Shown: one piece after another, positions 45,721 through 57,837 of the stretch | Layout of the letters: the number at the start of each line of letters is the position of its first letter | How positions within the stretch are numbered: position 1 is the stretch's first letter | Source: the human T2T-CHM13v2.0 reference genome, Homo sapiens | Length of the DNA: 64,000 nucleotides | Assembly (NCBI RefSeq): GCF_009914755.1 | Contig: NC_060927.1 | Strand: one strand, 5' to 3' | Position numbers and translations under genes: made by a program | Notes under the pieces: generated by a model | Told to the model about the DNA's origin: nothing | Database searches by the model: none | Seen by the model: the letters and a program-made list of their open reading frames with translations, nothing else

Positions 45721-47199
45721 ATACCTGGTATATCTTGAGAATCACAAATTTTGGTTGTCCACAAATCCTTGGAAATATGCTTGGTTTGACTAATTTGACC
45801 AATGCATTGATTTTCATTGTTATACTTTGCTGTGTAAAACATACATATACATGATTCTATTCATCACAGTAGATTTTGTGTCATAGCCAAAAAACAATGA
45901 GTTGATAATCAAGTGAGCACTATTTTTCTAAAAAAGCTAGGATCCTTTTTAAATCTGGGCTTTGATACTTTTGAAATGTTTTTGAACTATATATGGTGTT
46001 CTTGAAGAGTTCAAAGCCTTTTTTTAAAATAGTCATCCTAGAAAATTATTCCCCCAAATAGTAAGGTTGTGCACAACTTTGTTTTAATTGTCAATAATTT
46101 GAAACAATTTTAGCATGCCACTATAAAAGGCTAGTCAAACAATTCATATTTGTAATATGACATACTTAGCATCATAAAAGTAGCATTTTACAAAAATAAT
46201 AAAATAGAAATATGGTCAAACTGAAAATTAAGGAGCTTACAAAATAATTTGTAATTTAATTTCATTTGAATCAAATAGCTATTAACATTTGTATGTTTAT
46301 ATCTATCTCTTTATTCATCTATGTATCTAGCTATTTATCTCTTTTCCTCTCTACTTGTCTCTTTAGATAAAGGATGGAAGGACAGAGAAAAAGATAAAGG
46401 ACAGAAGGATGTGCTGGTGTCATTAGCAAACATGCCAATCTGTATTTTTCACATTTCTATTTCTGTAATAAAGAAAAATAATTTTACATAAAAAGAGAAT
46501 AATGCTTAAAATTTCAAATTACATCATTTCCTGCAATGAAGACCTATACAACCCTATTTTAGTTAGAAAGTATTCCATACTTCATATTTGGAATAATACC
46601 TTCATGAGTCATGTTAAGTTGAGATGTAAATGTAGCAAAAATACCTTCATGAGTCATGTTAAGTTGAGACGTGAATGTAATTCTCAGGAGGCAAGAATAA
46701 ATCGTTAGCTTTTTCCATTAGAACAGCAAACTAGGGACAGCCTTCTAAATGATATGGTAAGAAAGAACCTGCAAGCTCACATTATGAACAAATATGCTGA
46801 CAGATACGACTCAACTAAAATGATCAAAAAAAGAGAAAATAGACGGAGTGAATTTATTATCTCCAAAGTATAGAGAGGTTATGCTTGAAAGGGTATTTTA
46901 TGCTGATCCTAATCTGTGTTCTCCTTCCCTTCTTTCTCTAAATCTTTTTAATTTTAATTGATAGTAGATGGTGAGGCAATATATGTTTAGGTAAAGTTAA
47001 TATAAAGAGTTCAGGTAATAAAACAAAAGTTGTGCCTAAGTGCTTTTATATTCTTTTTACTTGTCGATAGACGCCTTCAACTTTAAATGTTGTAATCAAT
47101 ATAACTTTGTGTTGCATCATCCTTCCTGCAATATGTCTAGCAAAATACTTCAAAATATTTTACAAATACTTGCTGGTTAAATGTTATTTTTCTATTATT

Positions 47200-47715
47200 A
47201 CCCCCACTCTGTTCTTACTGCCATAATTTCTCTTTCCTTAAAACCACTAGTGATGTCCTGTATTATTCAACATTGATTTATAGCCTTGGTCTGTTATTAT
47301 TCCCCTATATCAAACCCTTTATTCCAAGCATACCAAGCTCTTCAGTTTTCTAAACCTAAGATAATTTTGTGTTACTCTATGCCTCTGAACATGCTTTTTC
47401 TCTTATCTCTGTTGCCTTCCCCTGTCTAATTCATTAGGCAAACTCTTATTCATTTCCAAGGCCAAAGATCAAACACTTGTTCTGTAAAATTTTATTTGCT
47501 ACATACTACATCTTTGGTACAACTAAATCTCCAGACCCGTCAGATCCTAATTTGTGATACCACTATGGTAATCTGTTCATCTTTCTAACATAGTTCTTAT
47601 CATATTACATTGCACTAATTTTCTCTATGACACTTAAAGTAGGTTGTCTTATATTTTAATCTTCAGCACTCAGCACTTAGTAAATATCCAATACATATTT
47701 GTCTCACAGATGAAT
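47200..47715 (+). mobile_element. L2 3' portion, degraded
   Basis: gcaaactcttattcatttccaaggccaa...cagcactcagcacttagtaaatatccaata. Confidence 0.55.
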
Positions 47716-48215
47716 CTCTGTTCCCCTTCGTGACTCTTTTAACATTAAGCATTCTGGCCTAATTATATAATTCTCAGACTGCAGCTCAAATCAATTGCTT
47801 ATTTTCCCCACTTTAGACAGGATTTGCCTGTGATAGCAATTTTCCTATAACCTCAGAGATAATTGAATAAAGAAGAAAGCCAGGGGTGTTTGGTCCTAAA
47901 TATTGAGTTCAGTAGGCACATCTATTGTGATTGCTTTTACTCTGAGCCACACACTACTAGAAAATGGACCATGACCTCAGTCTATTGAGGAAGGCAGACA
48001 GGCACAGATAATAGAGGGGAATATTGGACTGAAACATGGTAATGGGAAGACACGTAAGGAGGTTGCTGACGTGGTTGTGTTTGTAACCCATGGAAATTAA
48101 TGTACTAAATTGGAGTCTATGGTGTTGCTTTTAAAAGTGATAACAGTCTGTACTAAAGATGGATTTATATCTGGGTATAAGGAAGCCTGCATGACATTAG
48201 GTTTGGATGATGAGT

Positions 48216-48357
48216 AGGGCAACCATATGTCACTGATTGCTGGGTACTGTCCCTGCATTTACACTTGTAGGTCAAATGAATATTTTTGATCATTTTAGTG
48301 CCCTCCTCTTTCACTCTCAGTAGTGTCCCAGTGAGGATGGTAGATTATACATCATAT
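48216..48357. mobile_element. MER94-like hAT-Blackjack MITE
   Basis: agggcaaccatatgtc...actgtcc...tagtgccctcctctttcactctca...gtgtccca. Confidence 0.65.
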
Positions 48358-48429
48358 TAGAAATGAGCTATCTCCTTAGGGGAAATTAGTGATGGGATAA
48401 TGGTAGGAGGCAATATTCTTTGAGGGCTG

Positions 48430-48630
48430 CTAAATATATTTTCACATTTAATCCTTACAACAACCCTGTGGGAAGTTACTATTATTATAAGAATCCCAGG
48501 TTTACAGAAGAAGAAATTGAGACACAGGAAGGTCTAGAAATGTGCCCAAGTCATATGATTAATAAGCATAAAAGGCAAGTTTAAAATGAGGTCTTGTTTC
48601 AGAACTTATAACCTCAACTGCTTTGCTACA
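48430..48630 (-). mobile_element. MIR
   Basis: atttaatccttacaacaaccctgtg...tttacagaagaagaaattgagacaca. Confidence 0.75.
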
Positions 48631-48702
48631 TGGGCTCCTGGTTAAAACCATTTTATTCAGGAAGCAAAAACCAGGTTACTTAGGACCCAATCTTTCTTGC
48701 CT

Positions 48703-48752
48703 CCCCTCCCCTCCCCTCCCCTCCCCTCCCCTCCCCTCCCCTCCCCTCCCCT
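48703..48752. repeat. (CCCCT)10 microsatellite
   Basis: Ten perfect CCCCT units counted. Confidence 0.97.
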
Positions 48753-48769
48753 CCTCTTTCCCCTTCCTT

Positions 48770-48870
48770 CCAGTAAATCATTATTAAATACCTACTACGT
48801 GTCAGGCATAGTCCTAGGCACTAGACTACACCAGTAAACAAAACAAAATCCCTGCTCTTATGGAGTTCAA
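48770..48870 (-). mobile_element. L2 3' end
   Basis: ttattaaatacctactacgtgtcaggcatagtcctaggcact...aaatccctgctcttatggag. Confidence 0.7.
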
Positions 48871-51133
48871 ATAAATCTCAGGAGGTGGATATTTAAGATG
48901 TGTTTTCATGGTGTCCCCTTACAGATATTTTGATGGAAGTCATTGTTGCCTCCTTTGTATAATATGAAACAATAACAATAAATTTGGCTGGGTAGGTAGA
49001 GTGGGAGGATGCAGCCATGAATATATACACAGATAGTTGATGCACGGTGTCTATTCCCTTGGGCTGTGGCTGACTAGACATTCATATAATTCAGGAAACA
49101 TTTATCAAGTGCCTACTGTGTGCCACACTCTGTTGCAAGCTTTTCCCCGGAGCAGGTTACCACATGACTCCCAGAACAGCAAGAAAGGAGGTGCGTGACT
49201 ACTCCATATTTCTATTGTTTCTCATGGAATTAATCACTTTTTAATTGTTTTTTTTTCTCATCTAAAACCAAACACATACAGAAACACACATGACATACAC
49301 TCCGTTCTCTGTCCTCAGTGGCTAGATTTCAGGGAAGTTAAGGCACTTGAAGCTAAATAAGTAAGCCTTTTACTCTCTAATATAATGTGTTTAACAGAAA
49401 AACTTCCAGGTACATTTTAATGCCACCGTTCCTTGGAGTCTATTTAGATACGACTTTGGCATGTTCTACCTGGGGATTTGACCCCATTAGTGATGGCCCT
49501 ATTTGCAATATTCCTTCTGGCACATCCACTGAAGGGGATCAAGCCCACTGCCCTAATCAGGCAACTTGAATACTGACAAAACAAATCAATAAGCTCACTG
49601 GAGAATTTTACTGAGCCTGGCATCAAATGTTTGGGGTATTTTAATTTCTAAAAAAATTCCACCCCTTTTACATTTAAACCATCTGAGAAATGTTATGCAG
49701 ATGTAACTTGAATGCAACTGTTTGTAGCTCCATTAAAGGTTAAATTTGCATAAAAATTAAGTTATTAAATGAAAACTGTACTGCATTGAGGGTGCATTAT
49801 ACTGTGATTGACAAAACTCAATTTTGTAGACTGACAGTGAGACTTAGATACATTTAGATAATACAGGGAAATAAACCTCAGGATATCCTATGAAAAAGAA
49901 TAAAATAGTTGAGGAGGTAGAGCCATTTGGATGCTAACACTTTGGCCAAAGTTAGATAAAAGAGTATATTGTATGTGTTTACAGTGAGACATATTTGCTG
50001 GTATTTTTGTTCTTTTGGTGCAATGGGATATAATTTGGTATACTCAGTAAACAATCTTCTGAATGGAATTTAAGGACCATTAAAATGCAGATCCAACAAC
50101 ACGATAGAGAATGTTAAATAATGTGAACATGGAGAGTAGCCTAGTCAAATGGGAATGGGAACATTCGATGACCTGAGAGGTTTGCTGTTATTCTTCTGTC
50201 AGGGGAACCTATGCTGGCTAAAAGACCTTGTAAGAGAAGTTCATAAAACATTCATACATGTAATTAAAGCTTCTCTAACTTAAGAGCTAGGGCATGCATC
50301 TTCTGGATAATTCACTTAATTTGCAGTTTTAATTGTGGTTAGTGTAGATTTCTGAAATTTCTACATCCGTTAACAACAATATATTATTTTTTAAAGTCTC
50401 CTTATAAAAATGCTTCATGAATCTAAAATGTAATTCAGAGTAAAATTCATTACCTTTAGGAAACGTAATTGAAAACATTTTCTCTTACTCCAAGAAAGAT
50501 TGAAATGGCTATCCAAGTAATGAAAATGGTACAATGAAAAATTACGGCCTCCACAGGCCATCAGTTACGGCATCGTCTTCTACTTATACATAAACTTTTC
50601 TTGAAATACAACTACAAATATAATTCACGACGCATTTTCAAAGTTGGCAAGTGTACCATATCAGGAGATTCTACCAATTTCCATAGTTATTTTAAAAACA
50701 ATTTCTTTCACATTCAGTGCAAAATAAAATAAGTTCAGAGAAGTTTCACAGACTGATTTTCTGGGGTTCCTCAGGGCATCTCAGTGTTTTAAAACAACAA
50801 ATACCTGTTTGGATATTCTCTTCAAGTTTTTCCTTAAATTTTGGAAAGCAGTGAAAGGTTTTAGGATCTAAGAAGAATTTACTTAATGATCAGCTAATAA
50901 GGATCAGGAATTTACTTAAAGATTATCACAAATGATGATACCTCTCAAATAGAGACACTGGCAGAACAATGCTTGTCTGGTGACTCATACATATCTTTGC
51001 TAGAGGGAGTGGTATGTAGACAAAGGATTAAATAGTATTAAAGTTAACTAAAGACAAATAGAGATATCAGAGCCTGAGGCTACTGGCTTCTGCAGCAGAT
51101 TGCCCCCATAGGTAATAGTTCATTTGTTTTGTA

Positions 51134-51328
51134 CAGTGTTTTTATAACTTTAGTGAAGATTAGAATCACCTGCAGGACTTTTTAAAAGACAGATGATCAG
51201 GCTCTACCAACAGAGTGTCTGATTTATTAGGCCTCGCTGGGGTGGGGCCCCTGAATTTGGATTGCTCAGAAGTTTTCCCAGATGACACTAGTGATACTGT
51301 TTAAGAAACCACACTTTGAAAACTTGTG
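51134..51328. mobile_element. MER5A
   Basis: ttagaatcacctg...ctgatttattagg...ggggtggggcc...accacactttgaaaac. Confidence 0.75.
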
Positions 51329-51799
51329 ATTTGTTCCAGTTATTCCGGGTGTTGGTGCCAATCTTATTGGATTGGTTTAAATACTCTCTTTTGTAATTTC
51401 ACTTAAGTCAATCAGTTTCTTGGAGATTATTGCCCAGTGATGATATTCACAAAATATGATATGGAAAACAAAAACACTAGGTTGTTAATTTCTAAACCCT
51501 GCTGGGATCACTTTCTTCAAACCTCTTAGCAGTTTAAAGGGAGTCACATGAAGTCAGTTGCAGAAGATCACAACTGGATAGACAGCACTCAACAGCCAGG
51601 AAATAACTAGGATAAATTTGCAGATCTCATTTTCTTTCCACGATTAGAAGTAATTTTGTCATGGTAATCTTGTAGTCTCTTATGGACTCACTAAAGTAAG
51701 CATAATAGGTGATGTTGACAATTTGGTTTTTATTTGGCAGAATGATGTCTAAAAAAGATAAAGGAATATTGTCATTGGATGAAACAAATATTTATCTAT

Positions 51800-52020
51800 G
51801 AGAGGCAGAGTCCTGTAGACTTTCTAGGTTCTGCTTCTTTCATCGTTGGACATGGGCAATTTATTTAGCCCCTATGGGCCTCACTTTTATCTCCTATAAA
51901 ATAATAAAAATAAAAGTACATATATTATATAGGGTTTAGTGAAATAAAGTTAAAAACTCCTGTAAATCACATAACAAATTGCCTGCCACATATAAGTACT
52001 CAATTAATATTAGCCATTAG
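51800..52020 (+). mobile_element. MIR
   Basis: gggcaatttatttagcc...gggcctca...tgcctgccacatataagtactcaat. Confidence 0.65.
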
Positions 52021-52449
52021 GCTTTATGTATAATCCATAGATAAATGGACTAGCTGACTCTATCTCTTGGAGGATCTAAAAACACTTCTTTGGGCCTGCC
52101 AGTTCTGGAGAAGGGTGGAATGGGGAGACACAGTGAAGTTAGATCAAGATGATGGAGTGGAGGTCCTTTTGCACTGGAGATTGTAACAAGAATGTGGGAT
52201 GAGAGGAGCGTCAGCAGGCATAGGTGCATAACAGAAGTAGTTTCTAATGAGGATTACAAAGGAGAAACAGAACAGTATTTTGCAGAAAGTCTCTATAACT
52301 GAAGGAAATGATGAAAGAGAACTTAAACCTTTTTTTCCTTGACACAAGCCATTCTCCTCCTTTTCAGGGATGTAGCTTTCTCTATCAGTACTCACCGCTT
52401 TTACTTTCCTTCTGTCTGTAGCTTCAGTCACTCTGCTGTGGGTCTCCCT

Positions 52450-53020
52450 GTTCTGTTATGGTACATACAAGCTACAAGGGATGCTTATTTTTTTTGTTCC
52501 CTGATAGAGTCAGTTTAGGCCCCAGAACTGATAACAAAAGGCGACAAGCATCTTTTCCTCATTCTAAGCATCTGGGCATACTAACAGGGCTCTAAAGCAA
52601 TCCCGAGACTTCCTTGATAGCCAGGAGAGAACTGCATCTGCCTTTCCTCATTCTTTTTCTCACCTCCCTACTGCAAGAAGGGGAGACAGCACAATGAGTC
52701 AGAAGGAAGAAAGGAGAATAGGAGTAAAACAACAAATCAAGCCCCTCTTCCTCACTGCAGGCTAGTTAGCCTAGGCCAGGCCTGAACTACAGAAAGGTGA
52801 CAAGCTTGTTATCATTTGTGAGATATGAGATACCTGTTTTGATTTTGATTAGATTGGATTTTGAGTAGTATTTTTGTTATTAATACTTAAAAAGAGCTGG
52901 TTATACAATTCCAAAGCAACCTAAGCTGTGGGGGTATATCCCGGATAGCTTCTAGAGGCTGAGAAGGAAGACCCAATAGAAAAAGTTTTAAACTGTGGTA
53001 GGAGAATTTTTTTTTTTTTG
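52450..53020 (+). mobile_element. Possible ancient Gypsy-like LTR (MamGypLTR-like)
   Basis: cccctcttcctcactgcagg...aggcctgaact...gatatgagat...ttttga...ttggatt...taatac resembles the remembered MamGypLTR1 consensus. Confidence 0.4.
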
Positions 53021-53269
53021 TAGTTGTTGATTTCATTCCAAGAAACATTCCATTGACCAGTGTAATATTTGCCTCTTTGATTTATTTTTAGGCTTGGAAT
53101 AGAATCTTTAAATGAATAGCATATTAACTCTCAGAGATGACAGATTCATAGTTCATTCTACTGGCTGTTTTCAAGAGAATAAGATAGTTCAATGAATTGA
53201 ATAAAGAAGCTTTGAGGCTCAGTGTGTCTAAATTAGATCAGAGGGGAAGGATGAGCTAAACAGGAAGAC

Positions 53270-53745
53270 CAGGATTCCATTTTTGTCTAATTAATTCCTG
53301 CCTCAACTTGCAAACTCTGCATCATCCTTGGCAAACTCATTTTTCCCCATTGCCAATGTAGTTTGTTAATGTAGTTTCCTTTCTCTGGGACATCTTTTCT
53401 TTCTCTGACAGATAAAAAACACATACTCATCCTATGCATCGCCTCTTCCATGTAACCTTTCACCATAACATAGTCCATCCTCCCCTCCGGAAGGAACTGA
53501 CAGCTTGCTTTCTGTTTAAGCATTGAACAATATCCAGACTTTTTTTTTTTCAGTTTCTTTATTCCTTTATTATAATTACTTATTTACAAGTCTATCTTTG
53601 CCTAATCAATTTATATATATAAATAATCAATTATATATATAATATGGCAGGGAACTTACCATATTTCTATTTGTATTCCTAAAATGTAATAGCATGCTTA
53701 GACTATATTAGATGCCCAATAGCTATTTATTGAATAAGTAAATGA
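53270..53745 (+). mobile_element. L2 3' end
   Basis: ggcagggaac...gatgcccaatagctatttattgaataagtaaatgaa terminus. Confidence 0.6.
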
Positions 53746-56276
53746 AGATATTGAAAGAGTGGCTTTGTCTCCAAGTGGAAAAAAGATCAGGTAGGTGGTC
53801 CAAAGTGTCAGGAATGGGAAGCACAGATAATAAGATAACATCTGTTTCCCCAGAGAGTCCAGTGTTTGTTACATCACCACTTTTATCCATCCCCAAGGGT
53901 TTATACTCTATTACTCCAATAGTTATTGAAATTGAATTTTAAGTGGAGTGATTCAATAACTGATTACACGTGCAGTTCAAATCTCTGTTTTAGTTTTTCT
54001 TTGTGAATCTTCTACGTGAAACAAGTGCCAGCACAAGGAGAGTTATGTAGTTGAAATAGCAAAACTGCCACATTTGCATAACATTGGTTTCATTTTTTCT
54101 TCTTACATTACAAATAGGTTAATACATTTGTTGAATTTGTGATAAATTTTAATTCTTGATGAATTCTTTCTATATTTAGACTGCTTACATTCAATCAGTG
54201 CGAAGTTGGAAAAGACTGTCTTGTACAGTCATAAGAAATTTAATTATATCTGTTGTTGCTTGTAGATAATATGATTGCTTATATTAGGTTTGTTTTATGA
54301 GGCATTTATAAGCACTTAGCAGTGCAATCAATTGTTTATGTAATAACTATCATTCAAAAAGTAATTATTTCCGAAGTGTTGGCATGTTCTCTTGAAGTTT
54401 AACGCAACAGTTTTCTATTGGTGTTTTGATGCTGGAGAAGTCTAATTCAGGAAATTGTGAAATGAATTTGGTGGACATCTGCTTTGAGAGTAACTGTGAC
54501 AACAGTTCCTTAAACATTGTTTTATGGTAGTGTACTTAGAGACATTAGAATGCTGCAAGTTTTAGTTTGTAAAAACCAGGCCAATTTTCAACTGCTTTTG
54601 CGGTAGCATATGTTTGTTTGGCACTCTTAGGGACTCAGCTGACATGATGTTACTGGTAAACTGTTGGATAACTATTCACGGGGCTATGTCAGAGTATAGG
54701 CAACCTGAAAATAGGAATTGTTCATACCTTAAAATCAAGTAAAAATAGACCCTAATCTTGGAGATTATTATTTTGTTGGCAAAACAGATACTTTGTGCCA
54801 TTGTGCTGCCTGCTGCCCACAGGCTCTGGAAACATACAATTGGTGATTGTTCTGAGGAGTTATATCACAGAGGGGCACTAGTGCGGTGAGTTCACAAAAT
54901 TTAACAAGATTGCTGAGCACAATACATAGGGGAATCAGTGAGGTCCCTGGGAAAGATTCTAAAGTATGCACAGTGAATGTGTTCATTAAATGATGATCTG
55001 GGAAAAGCAAAGAAATTGCAAAGATTAACATGTTTTTCTGGAAGTGTATCTATTGCATGGGAAATAGTAATTTCTTATCTCTAGGCAAAGTAAGGTTGCA
55101 TAAGCATTGAGAATGAAGAGTCTAAATTTCGGTTATCACATGCCCAAAGTAATGCCTTTTATCCAAGTGACTTAACTGAATACAGGCTTAAGCACTCATC
55201 TTCTAGTTAGATTATGTCATTTTAATACGCAAGGCAATCACTTAGATTTGTTAGCAGTATCTTGTGCTATTTTATTTATGAGTTGACATCCATTGCTTTT
55301 GACAAGATTTGTCCTTATCTTATATGAAAGTATCGAATTCTTAAAGTTAATTGTCCCTTAAAGGTCCTGTTCACTCTAAGTGAGTTTCCTGGCCAGCTGG
55401 CAATAGACTTTAGGTCTGCAGATATGATGATGGGAGTCTTGTGGGGGCAAAGTTGGCTGCAGACCCCGTAGTTAATGCTTTGGAGTAGCAGAAGCTGTTT
55501 TAACAAGGTCTATTAGAAATGGCATGAACTGGCCTTACTATCAGGCAATAAGTGGTAAAGTCTAGATTCTACATTAACCTTATTGTTGACTTTAATAAGG
55601 TGCTAAACTATTCCAGTCATCATCATCCTCATCTATAAAATTAGGTGCTTAGAAGATTGTTGAAGTTCTTTTTAGCTCTATTATTGGGTATGTCAGAATT
55701 AGTATAGAAAATATCATAGTTGATAAACAACTCTGTCCTTTTTCTGGAAACACTTTCTAGAATATAGTTTCCAGTTTTCCTGGTATTAAGTGTGATCATA
55801 TGACTGAGTTCTGGCGATGGAATGTCAATCACCATTTGGAGAAAAAGCTGCTCTTTAATCAAGAACATTCATCTTGGACTTACTATGAATAAGAAGCAAT
55901 TGAGATTTGAGTGTTTATCTAGAATTATTACCCTACTAATAATCTGGGACTATCTAATTATAAGAAAATGTGCCAATAGAATGTGTTCTCTGCTTTACCC
56001 CTTCATCTAGATATCGATAGCTTTTTTGGGATAATATAATAGCCTGTGTATAGGCAGAAGTTTGGAAACAAAATCTTTGATGGTATTGAGAAATAAAACA
56101 CTATTTTATTCCAAAAGCTACTTTTTCTAAAATACTTAATGGATTTTCTGAAAACCAGTGCAGGGTATTATAAGTACTTCCAACTAATCTAGATAGAAGG
56201 ACTTGCCTTTTAAAAGAATAAAATCAAATGCTCTAGGTTACCATGTGTTTCAGTTTCATAAGTATGCATTTTAGTA

Positions 56277-56693
56277 TACAAACACAAAAAAATTTGCTGT
56301 GTGTCACTGTGCCTGCATATAGTTCCAGCTACTTAAGAGGCTGAAGCAGGAGGGTTGCTTGAGCCCAGGAGGTTGAAACTGCATTCAGCTATGATCATGC
56401 CATTCCACTCCAGAGTGGGCTACAGAACAAGACCTTGTTTCTAAAAATATATATATATATTAAATATATCATATGTATTATATCATTAAATAATATTAAT
56501 ATAATATATAACATAATGATATATAATATTAATAAAATATATAATAATACAATGATTTTCTCATTGTTTGTAGAGATAAGGTCTCACTATGTTGCCCAGA
56601 CTGGTCTCAAACTTCTGTCTTCAAGTGATCCTCCCACCTTGACCTTCCAAAGCGCACTGGGATTACAGATGTGAGCCACCACCCACACCTGGT
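56277..56693 (-). mobile_element. AluJ with internally inverted right arm, tail and TSD
   Basis: Right arm on plus (56285-56445), AT-rich tail, left arm on minus (56564-56693); TSD copies are reverse complements (56551-56563, 56694-56706). Confidence 0.88.
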
Positions 56694-57290
56694 TGAGAAA
56701 ATCATTTTAACTTAGATTTCTATGTAAGATATATATACTTTATCTATACAAAATTCAGAATACAATCTTGATTCTTTATAATATTGCTAAAAAAATCTTA
56801 AAAGCAAGAATTTCAAGGGAGTTCTGAAAATAGTAAGTTAATAATTTGATTCAAAGTTTTGAGTGAGATGGGGAACGTGTATTTTTCTTCTTTAAATTAA
56901 TTTATAAAACACCGGGCAGGGGAAGGAAAAAATGATTGAATCATTGGATATTTGAACTAGAGGAGATAGTGTAGATTTTATTTTAATTCAAGTACCTTAT
57001 CTTCAAGATAGGAAACTGAGGGGAAAAGAGATTAAATAGCATGCTCAAGTCTCATAATTAGCGGCACTACTAGGATTATAGTCTTGTGTATTATTAGCCA
57101 TTTGAGGGGAGTAGAAGACGTCTGGCAGGCTCGTGTCCCATCTCACAGTTATATAATTACATCCTGACTCTATAGCCGATGATAATGAGAAAGATACATA
57201 TGTTAAACTTATATAACATTTGTTATGAGACAGACATGGTTCTACATGTTTTACAGATATTAACTCATCTCATTCTCACAGCAACCCTGA

Positions 57291-57725
57291 TGTAACCAGA
57301 CTCTAATTTGGTCCCAGTAATCCTGGGACCTTTGTCTACTCCCCTGCAACACTGTAGCAGGGTTGGTCTGTGTAATGTGTGATGGCATGTCACTTCTGAT
57401 ATTAGGTTACAAAAGACCATGAAGATTTTGTCTTGGATTTCTACTCTCACTCTCTACCTCTCTTCATTTCTCTCTTGGATAATTCATTGTGTGGGAAGCC
57501 AATAGCCATGTCATGAGTAGCCCTATGGAGAGAGCCATTTAGTGAGATCTCTCGCCAACAGCCAGGTGCTGTGCAGATCCTAGGGCCACAGTCAAGCCTT
57601 CAGATGATGGCAGCCTCAGCCAATAGGCTGACTGAAACATCACAGGCTATCCTGAATCAGAACCACCCAGCTAAGTTGTTCATAGATTCCTACATTGTAT
57701 TTAAGTCACTCTTTTCAGCTGTATT
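57291..57725 (+). mobile_element. MLT1F-like MaLR LTR inside a MIR
   Basis: gatggcatgtcacttctgatattaggttacaaaagac...agtcaagccttcagatga...cagaaccacccagctaag. Confidence 0.75.
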
Positions 57726-57758
57726 AACACCAAAGTATTGTTGTTTAATGGCATTCAT

Positions 57759-57837
57759 TGTCATAGTGACTATGACATATATATATATATATATATATAT
57801 GTCATAGTGACTATGACATATATATATATATATATAT
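57759..57837. repeat. Palindromic unit GTCATAGTGACTATGAC x2 with (AT)12 and (AT)10
   Basis: Read directly from the sequence. Confidence 0.95.

Noticed and set aside
46595-46679. Direct repeats as a possible CRISPR-like array (also 37540, 42253, 57759)
   Set aside because: Only two adjacent units, no unique spacers, no cas genes, and the DNA is primate.
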